A DNA stretch of 37,190 nucleotides, taken from assembly GCA_943704425.1 (NCBI GenBank), contig CALSCP010000795.1:1-37190 (forward strand), read 5' to 3'. The notes under the pieces were generated by a model. That model saw only the letters and a program-made list of their open reading frames with translations, had not been told where the DNA came from and searched no databases. This document shows, in pieces, positions 1 to 14,847 of the stretch (position 1 is the stretch's first letter; every line of letters starts with the position of its first letter). The DNA comes from Ministeria vibrans ATCC 50519 (Eukaryota > Protista > Filasterea). Position numbers and translations under genes: made by a program.

Positions 1-4
1 ACAG

Positions 5-3000
5 CGGCGTGCGTACTCCCTGCCCAGGCGGCCAGTACCAGCCTGACACTGGCAAGACCTCCTGCATTGCAAAAAAAGAAACCCACAAAATAAAGAACGA
101 CCGTTCTAACCGTCTTTCGTCTTTGTCCCCTCGCTTGTTGCGTACAGGAAAGCGGCACCCGAGGATGCGGCTGCGGATCGGCGATGGTCAAGGCTCAGAG
201 CTGCGGCGGAGGCGGCTGTGTCGCGTGGTGCTGGGACAACAAAGCCGTCGGCTCGTGCGTTGGACCCTTGTACCCGAAAATATTCTATCCAAGCTACTGG
301 AGCTGTGGCTCAAACCCCGCGTGTTGTTGCACTGTCGGCACTTGGTCGTCATGGAGCGCTTGCAGCGTCACGTGTGGCTCAGGCACGCAGACTCGCGCGA
401 GGCAAATTACGGCCGCTGGCGACGACTGCCCCTTCGACCTGAGCGAGTCAAAGGCCTGCTCCAGCGGCAACAGTTGCGTCGACTGCGAGGTTGGTGCTTG
501 GTCGAGTTGGTCGACTTGCTCCCTCACATGTGGCAGTGGCTCACAAACTCGCACGCGACCCATCACGCAACAGCCAGGTACGGGTGGCGCCGCATGTCCC
601 AAAACTGACCAGACCCAGGCGTGCAACACGCAAACGTGTCCCGTCGACTGCGTGGTCACCAACTGGAGCTCATGGACGGCGTGTTCACTCCAGTGCGACG
701 GCGGAACACACACTCGCTCGCGCTCCATCACAACGCCTGCCGTAGGCACCGGCACCGCCTGCCCATCTAATCTGGTCGACTCAGGCCCGTGCAACGAACA
801 GGCCTGTTCCATAGACTGTGCCGTGTCCGAATGGTCTGCCTTTGGCAGTTGCTCTGCCACGTGCGGTGGTGGAACATACACGCGGACACGCGTCGTAATC
901 ACACCCGCCTCCGGCGGTGGCAGTGCGTGTCCCACTCTCACCGACACGGACAGCTGCAACACACAAGGATGTCCTATCAACTGTCAACTCAGTGCCTGGA
1001 GCTCGTACGGCGAATGCTCCCTCAACTGTGGCGGTGGCACACAACGTCGGTCGCGTCAAATTGACGTTCAGCCTCAAAATAACGGTCTACCCTGTGGCGT
1101 GCTCTTTGAGGACCAGGCATGCAACACCCAACAGTGTCCTATCGATTGCGAGGTAGGCTCCTTCGGCTCCTGGTCGACCTGCTCCGAACCCTGTGGCACG
1201 GGCACGTCGCAACGCACCCGTCCCATTTTGGTACAGCCATTGTTCAACGGCAGCCCCTGTCCCACCACCGTGCAGAATATTGACTGCAACACGCAACCCT
1301 GTCCAGTTCACTGTCAAGTCTCCGACTGGGGCTCCTACTCAGCCTGCTCGCAGCCTTGCGGTGGTGGCGACTTTACCCGTTCGCGCTCCGTGCTCGTACA
1401 GCCCCTACATGGAGGAGATCCTTGCCCCCCTCTCACCGAGACGACGCCGTGCAACACGGCTCCCTGTGGCCAAGACTGTGTTGTGGGCTCGTGGACTCCG
1501 TTTGGTGCGTGCACTGCCTCGTGCGGCGGTGGCACGCACACTCGCACTCGCCCCATCACCACACCACCCACCAATGGTGGCGTGGTGTGTCCGCCCGTCA
1601 CCGAAGTGGAGTCCTGCAACACAGGACCCTGTCCGCAAGACTGTACCGTCACCGAGTGGGGTTCGTGGACCGCGTGCACCAAGACGTGTGGCACCGGCTC
1701 GCGCGAACGTACCCGTGCCGTGTTGCGTCCTTCCTCCAACGGCGGCGCTACCTGCCCCGCTCTCACCGATTCGGCGAGCTGCAACACGCAAACTTGTCCG
1801 ATCGACTGTACGCTCACGCAGTGGACTCAATGGTCTTCGTGCTCCGCTCCCTGTGCGGGTGGCACGCAAGAGCGCACGCGTACCATTGACACGCCTGCCG
1901 GTCCTGGTGGCCAGGCCTGCTCGTTGGTGCGCAGCGAAATTTCGCAGTGTAACACATTTGTGTGTCCTCGCAACTGCGAGGTGAGCGAATGGAGCCAGTC
2001 GGGTGCTTGCAGCGCGCCGTGTGGTGGTGGTACTTCGGTGCGCGTGCGAAGTGTCTTGCAGTCGCCCGCCTTTGGCGGTACACCCTGTCCCAACACGACC
2101 GAGTCGACGCCATGCAACACACAAGCGTGCTCTGTCGACTGTGTACCGAGCGCCTGGACCGTATGGTCCAGCTGCACCCAAACGTGTGGGGGGGGATTTC
2201 AAGTGCGCAATCGTACCGTGGTCACACCCGAATCACTGGGTGGTCAACCTTGTGGTGCTCTAAGCGAGGTAGACGTGTGTAACACCGCAGCTTGCTCCCA
2301 GCCGTGCACCGTCACCACTTGGTCGTCGTGGACCGAATGTTCCGCACCCTGTGCCGGTGGTACGTACGCACGTCTGCGCTCCATCGACACTCTTCCTGTG
2401 AATGGAGGTGCCGCTTGTCCCGCTCTCTTTGAGGAAGGGCCTTGCAACACACAACCGTGTCCCATTGACTGCCAACTCTCAGCCTGGGGCGACTTCTCGT
2501 CGTGCAGTGCCCCTTGCGATGGTGGCACGCAGTATCGCAACCGCACAGTGGTCGTTTTACCACAATTCTCTGGGACACCATGCGAAGCTCTCTCCGAGAC
2601 GGTTGCCTGCAACACTGCTCCCTGCGTGGTGGACGGTGTCGACTGTGAGGTCAGTAGCTGGTCCGAATTTGGCCTGTGTAGTGCCGTGTGCGACGGAGGC
2701 ACGCGAGTGCGCAACCGTACCGTCACCGTACCCGAGTCGAATGGTGGTCAACCTTGCCCACCCCTGGCCGACGTGGAGGTGTGTGGCACTCAAGGGTGCG
2801 TCGTGGATTGCGTCGTCGACAGTTGGTCGTCGTGGAGTTCGTGCTCTGCGACCTGCGGCAACGGAACGCTGTCGCGTTCGCGTTCAGTACAGGTTCAGCC
2901 GCGAAACGGAGGCGCAGACTGCGGCGTGCTTGCCGAGAGCACCGGTTGTTTCCTCACACCGTGCCCCGTCGACTGTGTCGTCAGTGAATGGTCGATCTAT

Positions 3001-6000
3001 GGTGCTTGCAATGCCTCGTGTGCTGGCGGTGTTGCCGAGCGCACGCGCACCATTGTGGCACAGGCTGTCGGCACCGGCGCTGCGTGTCCGGCGAAACTTA
3101 ACGAATTTACCACGTGCAACACTCAGCCGTGCCCCGTCGACTGTATCCTCGGCGAGTGGTCTGCCTGGGATGTCTGTTCCGAAGCCTGTGGCTCGGGCAG
3201 CCAATCGAGATTTCGTTCGGTGGCGGTGCCGCCGGCACACGGCGGTCTTGCTTGTGGCGCGCAGTCTCAATCACAGGCGTGCAACCAGTTTCCCTGCCCC
3301 ATCGACTGTACGCTTGCCACTTGGTCAAGCTGGGGTACGTGTTCGGTCGCGTGCAATGGCACCGGCGTTCAGATACGCACGCGTCTCGTTGATGTGCCCG
3401 CGCAGTTCAACGGCACATGTGATGCGCCTCTCAGCGAGTCGTTGACCTGCGATAATGGACCCTGCCCGGTTGCGTGTGTCGTCACCGAGTGGACATCCTT
3501 TGGCAGCTGCTCCGTCTCGTGTGGTGGTGGCGGTACTCGCTTTCGCTCGCGTGCCATTGTCGAGCCGCCGCGACACGGCGGCACGGCGTGCCCATCGCAG
3601 CTTACCGAGACTGAGCCGTGCGGCAACACAACGTGTCCTATCGACTGCGAGGTGGGTCAATGGTCGGCGACGGCGCCCTGCAATGCCACGTGTGGCGGCG
3701 GCACGCAGCCTCGCGCACGCCCCATTCGCGTTCAGCCCGACTTTGGGGGCGTTGCATGTCCGCCTGTGGTTGACACGGCCTCGTGTAACACCCAGGTGTG
3801 TGCCAACAACTGCACCGTGACCGAGTGGAGCGCCTTTGGTGAATGTACTGTGGCCTGTGGCGGTCCGGGTACACGGCTGCGGACTCGCACCGTTATCGAG
3901 CCGCAGGTGGGCACGGGCACGGCGTGTCCTGTCCTCCAAGAGGTCGACTCCACTTGTGGGGCAACACCCTGCGCCGTCGACTGTGTCATGAGTCAGTGGA
4001 GTTTTTTTTCGTCGTGCAACGCCTCGTGTGGCGGTGGAGTCCAGTCGCGCACTCGCAACGTCACCGCTGCTGCACAATTTGGCGGCACGTGTGCCGGTGA
4101 GCTTGTGGAAAGTTTGGTGTGCAACGATCAGCCGTGTCCGGTCAACTGTCAGGTGGCGCTGTGGTCACAGTGGAGCTTCTGTTCGACGCCGTGTGGCGAA
4201 GGCTCGCGCACACGATCGCGCAAAGTACTGACGCCGCCACTGGCGGGCGGTCTCGCGTGCCCGAATCTAACGGAAACGAGCAACGTGTGTCCCGAGACTT
4301 TCCCTTGTGTTATCAACTGCGTCGTGAGCAGCTGGGAACCGTGGGGCAACTGTTCGACAAGTTGTGGTGCGGGAACGCAGGGGCGCGTTCGCTTCGAGTT
4401 GGTCACACCCGACGAAGGCGGCGATCCTTGTCCCGATCTGTTTGAGTCGCGCGCGTGTAGCAACGGAGCGTGTCCTGTCGACTGTGCGGTCGACGCGTGG
4501 TCGTCCTGGACGACTTGTAGCTCCAGTTGTGGTACGGGCACTTCCTCGCGGTCTCGCTCGGTGACCACACAGCCGAGCGCTGGCGGAGCGCAGTGCCCGG
4601 TGCTCGTCGAGTCGTTGGGTTGCAACACCCACCCGTGTCCCATTGATTGTTCGCTCAGTGACTTTGGTCCATATGGTGCCTGCAACGATACTTGTGGGGC
4701 GTCGGCATCGCAAACGCGCTCGCGCACTATTTTGCAAGCGCCCTTGTACAACGGGACCGCGTGTGCGCCGCTCGAGGAGACCGTCTCGTGTGACTTGGGA
4801 CCGTGTCAGATTGACTGTGAGGTGACCTCCTGGTCATCGTGGAGTCCCTGTACCAGCTTTTGTGGTGGAGGTATACAGCTGCGTTCGCGCGAAGTGCTGC
4901 GTGGCGCACAGTTTGGAGGGACTGCCTGTCCACCGACTGCGGACATGACGGACACACTTGAGTGCAATACGCAGGCGTGCTACAACGCCTCGCTCGATTG
5001 TGGTGTTCCCTACATGGAGTGGTCGTCGTGTTCGCAGCCGTGCAACGGGTTGCGCACGCGCGAACGTAACGACACCTACGCACTTGCAGACTCGTGCATT
5101 CCCTACTTGGACATTGAATCGTGCAGCACGCCCGCTTGCGGCGGCACCGGCACCCCCAACTCGCAATCGCAAAACTCGAGCGGGATTCCCGTTGCGGCCG
5201 TGGGCGGCGGTGTTGCGGCAGCCCTCCTTTTGTTTCTCCTCATTCTTCTGGTGCTGGCTCGGCGACGACGTCGGCGCAAGGAGGAGATTGTGGATCAGCA
5301 GATGGAGCGTGCGATGAGTACCAACGGCCTTCTCTCCTACAAGATGTCGACCCACTCGCTCAGCGAGGACATGGCGGTGCGACGCGCTCTCATTGCCGAG
5401 GCGTCCGTCGCTGAGGGTTCCGAATACGGCGAATACCAGAATGCGACCTTTGAAGACGACACGTACGTTGGGGCGAGCGGCTCGCGAGCATCGTTTACGA
5501 ACCTTGGCGCACCGCTTGGCAAGCATGGTCGTAGTGGGCGTCTCGTTGCCAATCCGTTTGCTATGAATGATGCCGCCAAGCCGACGACTGCGGAAGCGAC
5601 TGTTGGACCGGCTCTGATTGCCGCTGCGGGTTTGTCCGCGACCCCATCAGCAACCATTACGGAGGAGACCGCGTACGTGTTGCCGGCGGACAGCAAGCGT
5701 GGCGCCGCCGGCTATGCCAACATTGCCTTGGCCGTGCTCGACGACGATTACTTTTATGTGAACCAAAAGGAAGCGCCCGACTACGAGAAGTACTCGAATC
5801 TCACGGGATTACACATGAACGGCGACGTGTACGCGGTGGTCAAGAAGAAGTCGTCGCACAAGGATAGCGTCCTCGATGGAGATTTGTACGTCAACGGCGG
5901 TGCAGCTGGCGGCACAAGTGCCGATGACATGTACGTTTTGCCGCGCGCGCCGGCCGATGCGCCCCCCGAGTTGCCCACATCGCTGCAAGAGCCCGGCGAT

Positions 6001-7681
6001 GACTATGAAGCGTACGCACAGGCAGTGCTTAGCAACGACACGTCTGCATTGTATGCGACCGTGCGTCGACGCAAGCCTGCCGCGCGGGGTGGCATTCCTT
6101 CGAGTCTTGGTGCGGAAACTGTTGCTTCGCGACCGCAAACACTGTCGGCACAGGTTGACGATCTCTACATGTATGTGCGACCGAGTCGTGCCGCCTCGGT
6201 GATTCCCGACGAGTATCAGGTGCCTGGCTCGGACATGACAGCGACCAAGAGCAACTATGCCAACCTTGATGACGACATGTACACGTCAGTGCGAGCGCCC
6301 GTGGGGCTAGTCTCCAAGCTGCGCAGCAAGGAGTACGACCGCCAGTGGTTGGTGGTTCTGGAGATGCTGGGCGAGGGTGAGTTTGGCACGGTGGTACGAG
6401 CGGAGACGAACGACGGCGGTGCGTCGCCCATTTACAATGTGGCCATTAAATCGCTCAAGCCGGGTGCCTCGGAGACGGATGTGACCAACTTCTTGCGCGA
6501 AGCCGAGCTCATGCTTGACTTTAACCATCCCAATGTGCTCAAGTTGGTGGGTGTTGCCATGGAAGACGAGGTAGAGAGGACGTTATTTTTTTTGAACATT
6601 TGTGTGAAAGTGTTTGAGGAAGCGAGAGAAAATAGAAAATAATTATGATGCTAATGCGTTTTTTTTTTCAATGCAGCCCCTGTTGATTATCCTGGAGTTT
6701 TGCTCGAACGGCGACCTGCGGACTTTCTTGCGCTGCTGTGCGACCACAGCGGGTGTCTCCATCGGTGACTCGGAGCAGTTGGACGTGGCGCGCCAGGTTG
6801 CCTGTGGCATGACTTACCTCGCCGAACGCTCCTTTGTCCATCGCGATCTTGCCATGCGCAACTGTCTTGTCGATGAGTTTGGCACTATTAAGGTCAGTTT
6901 GTTCGCCCCTCAACAAAGTTAAAAGTGTTCTCATCTCTCTTTTTCGACTAGATTGCTGATTTTGGTCTGAGTAAGGACCTGAGCGAGAGCAACTACTATC
7001 GCATCAACAAAAACTCAAAGCTGCCGATTCGCTGGATGGCCATTGAGTCTATGGAACGCCGCACATTCACTGTTAAATCGGACGTCTGGTAATTTTTTGT
7101 GTCAAGTGGGATTCGTGTCTGACTGTTTTTTTTTTTTTTTTTTTTATTTTTTTTATTTTTTTTTTTTTTTTTTTTTAATTTTTTTTAATTTTTTTTTTGT
7201 GTGTGTGTGTTTTCTTGTGTTTAATAGGTCGTATGGGGTTCTCTTGTGGGAAGTGTACACGTTTGGTACTGTTCGGCCGTACAAAGGTAACGTGACACAC
7301 GCTCACACACACTTGTGTGTCTCTTCCTCGTTTCACTTCGTTACTTTCCCTCACACTATTGTTTTTTCGTTTTGTTCTTTCTCTCTCTCTCTCTATCACT
7401 TTGTTTCTTTTTTTTTTTTCTCTCTCTCCATTTAAACTTTCAAAACAGGTCTTCAATTGCGCGACCTGTACTTTTGGTTGTTGGAAGGCAACCGTCTCCC
7501 GCGTCCCAAGTCGTGTCCGTCGCACGCCTACGAGTTGATGCTGCTGTGCTGGCAGCCCGACCCCAATGTGCGTCCATCTTTTGCCGACGTGCTCCAGCGC
7601 ATCAACGGCCTTGCGCCCTCGCTCCCTCCGCCTCGCAACATGGTGGCGACTCTCGAGGCTGCCACCTCTTCTCTTGCGTAG
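5..7681 (+). CDS. Receptor tyrosine kinase with ~29 spondin-type thrombospondin type 1 repeats (5' end outside the window)
   Basis: Proposed exons: 5-68, 148-6570, 6677-6892, 6952-7088, 7228-7286, 7449-7681. Exon 5-68 encodes CPGGQYQPDTGKTSC (GCC2/GCC3, ephrin-receptor-like Cys repeat). It is followed by 28 full and 1 degenerate DCxVxxWSxWSxCSxxCGGGxxxRxR repeats, a TM helix (VAAVGGGVAAALLLFLLILLVLA-RRRRRRK, ~5190-5280) and a Tyr-rich linker. Kinase motifs reassemble in frame across GT-AG introns: GEGEFG, VAIK, HRDLAMRN, KIADFGLSK, NYY, KLPIRWMAIE, SDVWSYGVLLWE. Confidence 0.95.
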
Positions 7682-8107
7682 TTCTATTTTATTTTCTCTG
7701 TAATAAACCTTATTTTTAAATCGTTCATTTTAACACAACGTCAACGCGTTTGAGTGTTTTAGTGTTTAGTTGAAAAAACGTGCAAACGACCCACTAAATT
7801 CGCAGTAAATTTATAAATAATTATTATTGTTTTTATGGGGTTGAAAGTTTTAAATAATAATTATTGTTATTATTATTCAGTGCACAAGCTTTAGTAGATC
7901 GTCACTAAATTCCTCTCGAGTCTTGACGGCGAGTCGACGGCTCGACGGCTCTCACTCTTCTCAATTCTCATCGCTGAAAAAGATTGTTTTTAGATAAAAT
8001 AAGATCAATCATTATTAATTATGATTGACTAATGACTATCACTTTTTTTCTCTAGTGCGTGCGATATTGTGCGACTTACACATCCGTTCCTTTGCTATTG
8101 ATCAACG

Positions 8108-11006
<2,899 letters not shown>

Positions 11007-11133
11007 ATATGTGAATAAATCTCGCTTTTCGTTTGTGATTGATAATACTTGATAATACATTGGAATTTGGAAATTTGTCTTCACTCTTTTTGTTTTCTCT
11101 TCAAGTCTACATTCCTCTTTTTTGATTCTCAAC

Positions 11134-11536
11134 ATGAGTTCGAGTAGGCGAGACTACGATCGGTACGATCGATCGGAACACAGCAGTCGCTCGAGCGAGG
11201 CGGGTCGAACTGAGAAAGTCTATCGTCGTGACGACTACGGGGCTCCTGCGGCCGCGTCGTCCTCGTCGTCTCGTGACCGTGACCGTGATCGTGAGAGAGA
11301 CTCCAGCGGCAGTCGCGGGCGCGGTGCCGACGAGCGAACGTGGCACCGTGAACGAGACGACTACGACAGAGATTACGACCGTCGCGACAGAGAGCGCGTA
11401 AGACGCAGTGGTAGTGCTGACCGAGACTCTCGTGAGCACGATCGTGACCGCTACCGTGGCCGACCTGCAGACCGTGAGCGTGAACGCGATAGGCCCAGGT
11501 GAGTTTTTCTTCACTGCGCTTCAAAACAGTTGTCAA

Positions 11537-11588
<52 letters not shown>

Positions 11589-11850
11589 NNNNNNNNNNNN
11601 NNNNNNNNNNNNNNNNNNNNNNNNNNNNNNNNNNNNNNNNNNNNNNNNNNNNNNNNNNNNNNNNNNNNNNNNNNNNNNNNNNNNNNNNNNNNNNNNNNNN
11701 NNNNNNNNNNNNNNNNNNNNNNNNNNNNNNNNNNNNNNNNNNNNNNNNNNNNNNNNNNNNNNNNNNNNNNNNNNNNNNNNNNNNNNNNNNNNNNNNNNNN
11801 NNNNNNNNNNNNNNNNNNNNNNNNNNNNNNNNNNNNNNNNNNNNNNNNNN

Positions 11851-11939
<89 letters not shown>

Positions 11940-12352
11940 TTCTCTCTGTTCAGATCACGCACCCCACCCCCTTCAACGCGACGCTTCAAGGAGGCGCCAC
12001 CCATGGAAGCATCTTCTGCCACAGGAGAACGGCGACGCCATGACGATGGAGAGGAGGAGGAAGGCGAAGAGCTCGATGGGCGAGAGGAGGGCGAAGCAGC
12101 CTCAGCTGACGATATCAATGCAGAAATGGAGGCTATGCAGCGCATGATGGGCTTTGGAGACTTTGCCACGACAAAGGTACGCACATGAAAGAGAACGAAG
12201 GAGAGAGAAAACGCTCATGACGCCCTTTGCTGCAGAATACCAAGGTCGAAGGGAATGTATCGGGCATGGGACAGATTGCAAAGGGCCGAAAATACCGTCA
12301 GTACATGAACAGAAAGGGAGGGTTCAACAGACCCCTCGCCGAAATCAAATGA
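11134..12352 (+). CDS. SNRNP27: U4/U6.U5 tri-snRNP 27 kDa protein
   Basis: Proposed exons: 11134-11498, 11954-12176, 12236-12352. RD/RS-rich N-terminus. The spliced C-terminus [14 protein letters not shown]|[10 protein letters not shown]...[19 protein letters not shown] is the SNRNP27 (DUF1777) signature. Confidence 0.95.
11539..11937. repeat. (CT)n microsatellite with assembly gap (N 11589-11850) in SNRNP27 intron 1
   Basis: Pure CT runs flank the N block on both sides. Confidence 0.95.
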
Positions 12353-12385
12353 GTAAAATACAAGATTATTACAATGCAACAAAAG

Positions 12386-14071
12386 CTATTGCGTGTGGAA
12401 AAGTGCGTCGGCACTGGCAAACCAATGTGAGGCTTCCAGCAGGGCCGGCTGAGCCTCGGCGAGCATTGCCTGCTCGGCTAGCAGCTCAAGCACGGTCATG
12501 TCGTAGTCCCAGCCCAGACAGGCGCACACGAGCGTCGAGATGCGCTCGGCACTCGCGCGAAAACCATCCACATCGACACCATACGCAGCAACGTTGTCTG
12601 CCAGTGCCTGTGAGAGGTTACTTGTGAGTGCGACCACACGCACCAGCTCCTCCTGGTGCACCATTTCCGATTGGCTCTGCCACAGGGCACCCACTGCATC
12701 CACGCGTGCGCGTACACTCTCCAGAGCCTCCACCAGCAACTCCCAACTTGAATTTTGCTCTCCCTCCATCATCATCGTCATGTCGCTTGCCACACCTGTC
12801 GACTCCCGTACCCTCTCCTCTGATTCCTGATTCGGCCGCTTTGTCGAGCCTAATACTTGCACAAGCTCAGACAGCTCTACTTTGGCGCTTCTCAGCAACT
12901 CCTTCATTTGGGATGTATCCTCAGGGTTCGTCCACATTTCCACCAACTGATGCGCGCAGTGACACACTTCAAACGCCATCGTTCGACTCAGGAGACTCTT
13001 TCCATTGCCATACTCGCGCAACGTCGAGCACAATGACTTGGCCACAAGCTGGCTTTCCCGTGGCAAGTATGCACTGTACACCGACAGCCAGTCCTTGTCC
13101 ACCAGCGTCGCAACATCCCGTGCGTCCCACGGCGGCAAAATTTTCATCACAAATTCGAGCGTGTCGCCATATTGTCGCTCCATAGTCGCCAACATAGCAG
13201 CTCCCAGCGAGTCTGCCAGCAAGTACTGTGCGCTATCAATGGCCTCGCGCCACCGAACCTCATCCGAGTCGGCAGTCACTGCAGCCAAGGCAGCCGGACC
13301 TGTCAGCACTTCACCGTCCGTGTCCATTTCTGTTGTTGTCGTTGACGTTGACGCTGTACCTGCCGTCGTTGTTATCGGCGGTGGTGGTCCACGTACACTA
13401 CCCTGCGTTGTCGTATCATCAAGTGTGAGCGGCTCCGACGCAAAAAAACTCATTGAAAAGCGTGCAGTGCTGCTTGCGCGCACCGAATGAACCATCGATT
13501 TGACACGCAAATTTCGATCGTCGCTGAGCAACAGGACAGGCATGTGCTGTCGATGGAAGTAGAGAGCACACCGCAGTATCTTGTCGTCGGCCACGTGGCC
13601 CAAGTACTCGTCGTTGCTGTGGGCGTCGACCGACTCGTCAGGCTGTTGTCCCCTCACACTCAGTGTCTTCGAGGCAAACGCAGCTTCAATGAAACGCACC
13701 GCCTCGCGAGCCGCACTCGCAACTTCGCGCGACTCTGACCCTTTCAACCCGTCCAACTCGTGTATGACCATCCAGGGCACAACAATCTCAATGCGGCGCG
13801 GCTGCCACTGTGCTGCATCGGCGCAAATCCGTTCGAGGACACAAAGTGCACTAATGAACACATTGGTGTCAGGAACAATGCAGCCGCCCGGCGCACCAGA
13901 GACTGCAAAGGTGGTGCGAGTAGCAGCACTGCCACTCCTGCCACTGGCACTGCTCGCTGTAGCCGGGCTAGGGCTACTCCCAGGCTGTGAGCTCAGCCAT
14001 TTCGACTCGCCCGTCTTCGTATTGAACAGGTACGGCAAATTTCGAGTCTTGGACACTCTCTCCACCCACAT
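12386..14071 (-). CDS. SWT1: Swt1-like PIN-domain RNA endonuclease with N-terminal WW-like domain
   Basis: Single 561-aa ORF. WW-like start: WVERVSKTRNLPYLFNTKTGESKW. PIN motifs: IVPDTNVFI, VVPWMVIHELDGLK, ADDKILRCALYF, LLSDDRNLRVKS. Confidence 0.8.
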   Translation of the reverse strand: MWVERVSKTRNLPYLFNTKTGESKWLSSQPGSSPSPATASSASGRSGSAATRTTFAVSGAPGGCIVPDTNVFISALCVLERICADAAQWQPRRIEIVVPWMVIHELDGLKGSESREVASAAREAVRFIEAAFASKTLSVRGQQPDESVDAHSNDEYLGHVADDKILRCALYFHRQHMPVLLLSDDRNLRVKSMVHSVRASSTARFSMSFFASEPLTLDDTTTQGSVRGPPPPITTTAGTASTSTTTTEMDTDGEVLTGPAALAAVTADSDEVRWREAIDSAQYLLADSLGAAMLATMERQYGDTLEFVMKILPPWDARDVATLVDKDWLSVYSAYLPRESQLVAKSLCSTLREYGNGKSLLSRTMAFEVCHCAHQLVEMWTNPEDTSQMKELLRSAKVELSELVQVLGSTKRPNQESEERVRESTGVASDMTMMMEGEQNSSWELLVEALESVRARVDAVGALWQSQSEMVHQEELVRVVALTSNLSQALADNVAAYGVDVDGFRASAERISTLVCACLGWDYDMTVLELLAEQAMLAEAQPALLEASHWFASADALFHTQ

Positions 14072-14348
14072 TCCAAAGTTCTAACGACCGTGTGTCTCAC
14101 TTGATATGGTTGAGGAAATGGAGTTATTGAATATTGATTTTTGAACATTGATTGAAGAAGAAGACAGTTCCAATTTATGATTGAAGAAATAAGCTGATAA
14201 TTATTATTCTTATTTTTTCACACACGATTTTGAAAGAACCAATTAGGTTCTGTGTTTGGTGACAGCTTGTGAGTGAGCTTGACTGGTGAGTGGCGAGTGG
14301 TGACTGACTGACAGCTGACTCTGGTGCTTTGGCAAATTGAGATCTTAA

Positions 14349-14748
14349 ATGCTCTGCCGAACCATCAAGAATACGGCCATTCGCGTGCCGCTGGGTGCGT
14401 TTATCAATGGTCGTATGTGTGTGTCCGACTCGAATGACACGACAGTGCTGATTAACCCTGTGGATCGCTCGGAATTGTGTCGCGTTCCCAACGCATCCGC
14501 TGAAGACGTTGATCTCGCCGTCCAGGGAGCCCGCGATGCTCTTTCGTCGGGCTCTGAATGGTCCAGCATGACCGCACGTGAACGTGGTGCGGTTCTAGCG
14601 CGTCTGGCCGATCTTGTTCACCAGCACTCGCAAGAGTAACGCAAAAGCAGTTCATGCGCTCTTCCAACTCTGACACACTCTCTCTCACTTTGTTTCTTTC
14701 TCCCTCCTCTCTCTCTCTCTATCACTTTGTTTCTCTCTCTCTATCACT

Positions 14749-14847
<99 letters not shown>

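Noticed and set aside
218-6528. Many overlapping alternative-frame and antisense ORFs in the RTK exon
   Set aside because: Expected in GC-rich repetitive coding DNA, and none has recognisable motifs.
6571-7448. Kinase apparently truncated or frameshifted (pseudogene)
   Set aside because: Four GT-AG introns restore a complete kinase domain in frame.
14255-14325. TGACAG/TGAC/GTGAGT-rich stretch in the SWT1-ALDH divergent spacer
   Set aside because: It could be TALE-homeodomain-like sites, but it is too short and degenerate to support without enrichment statistics.
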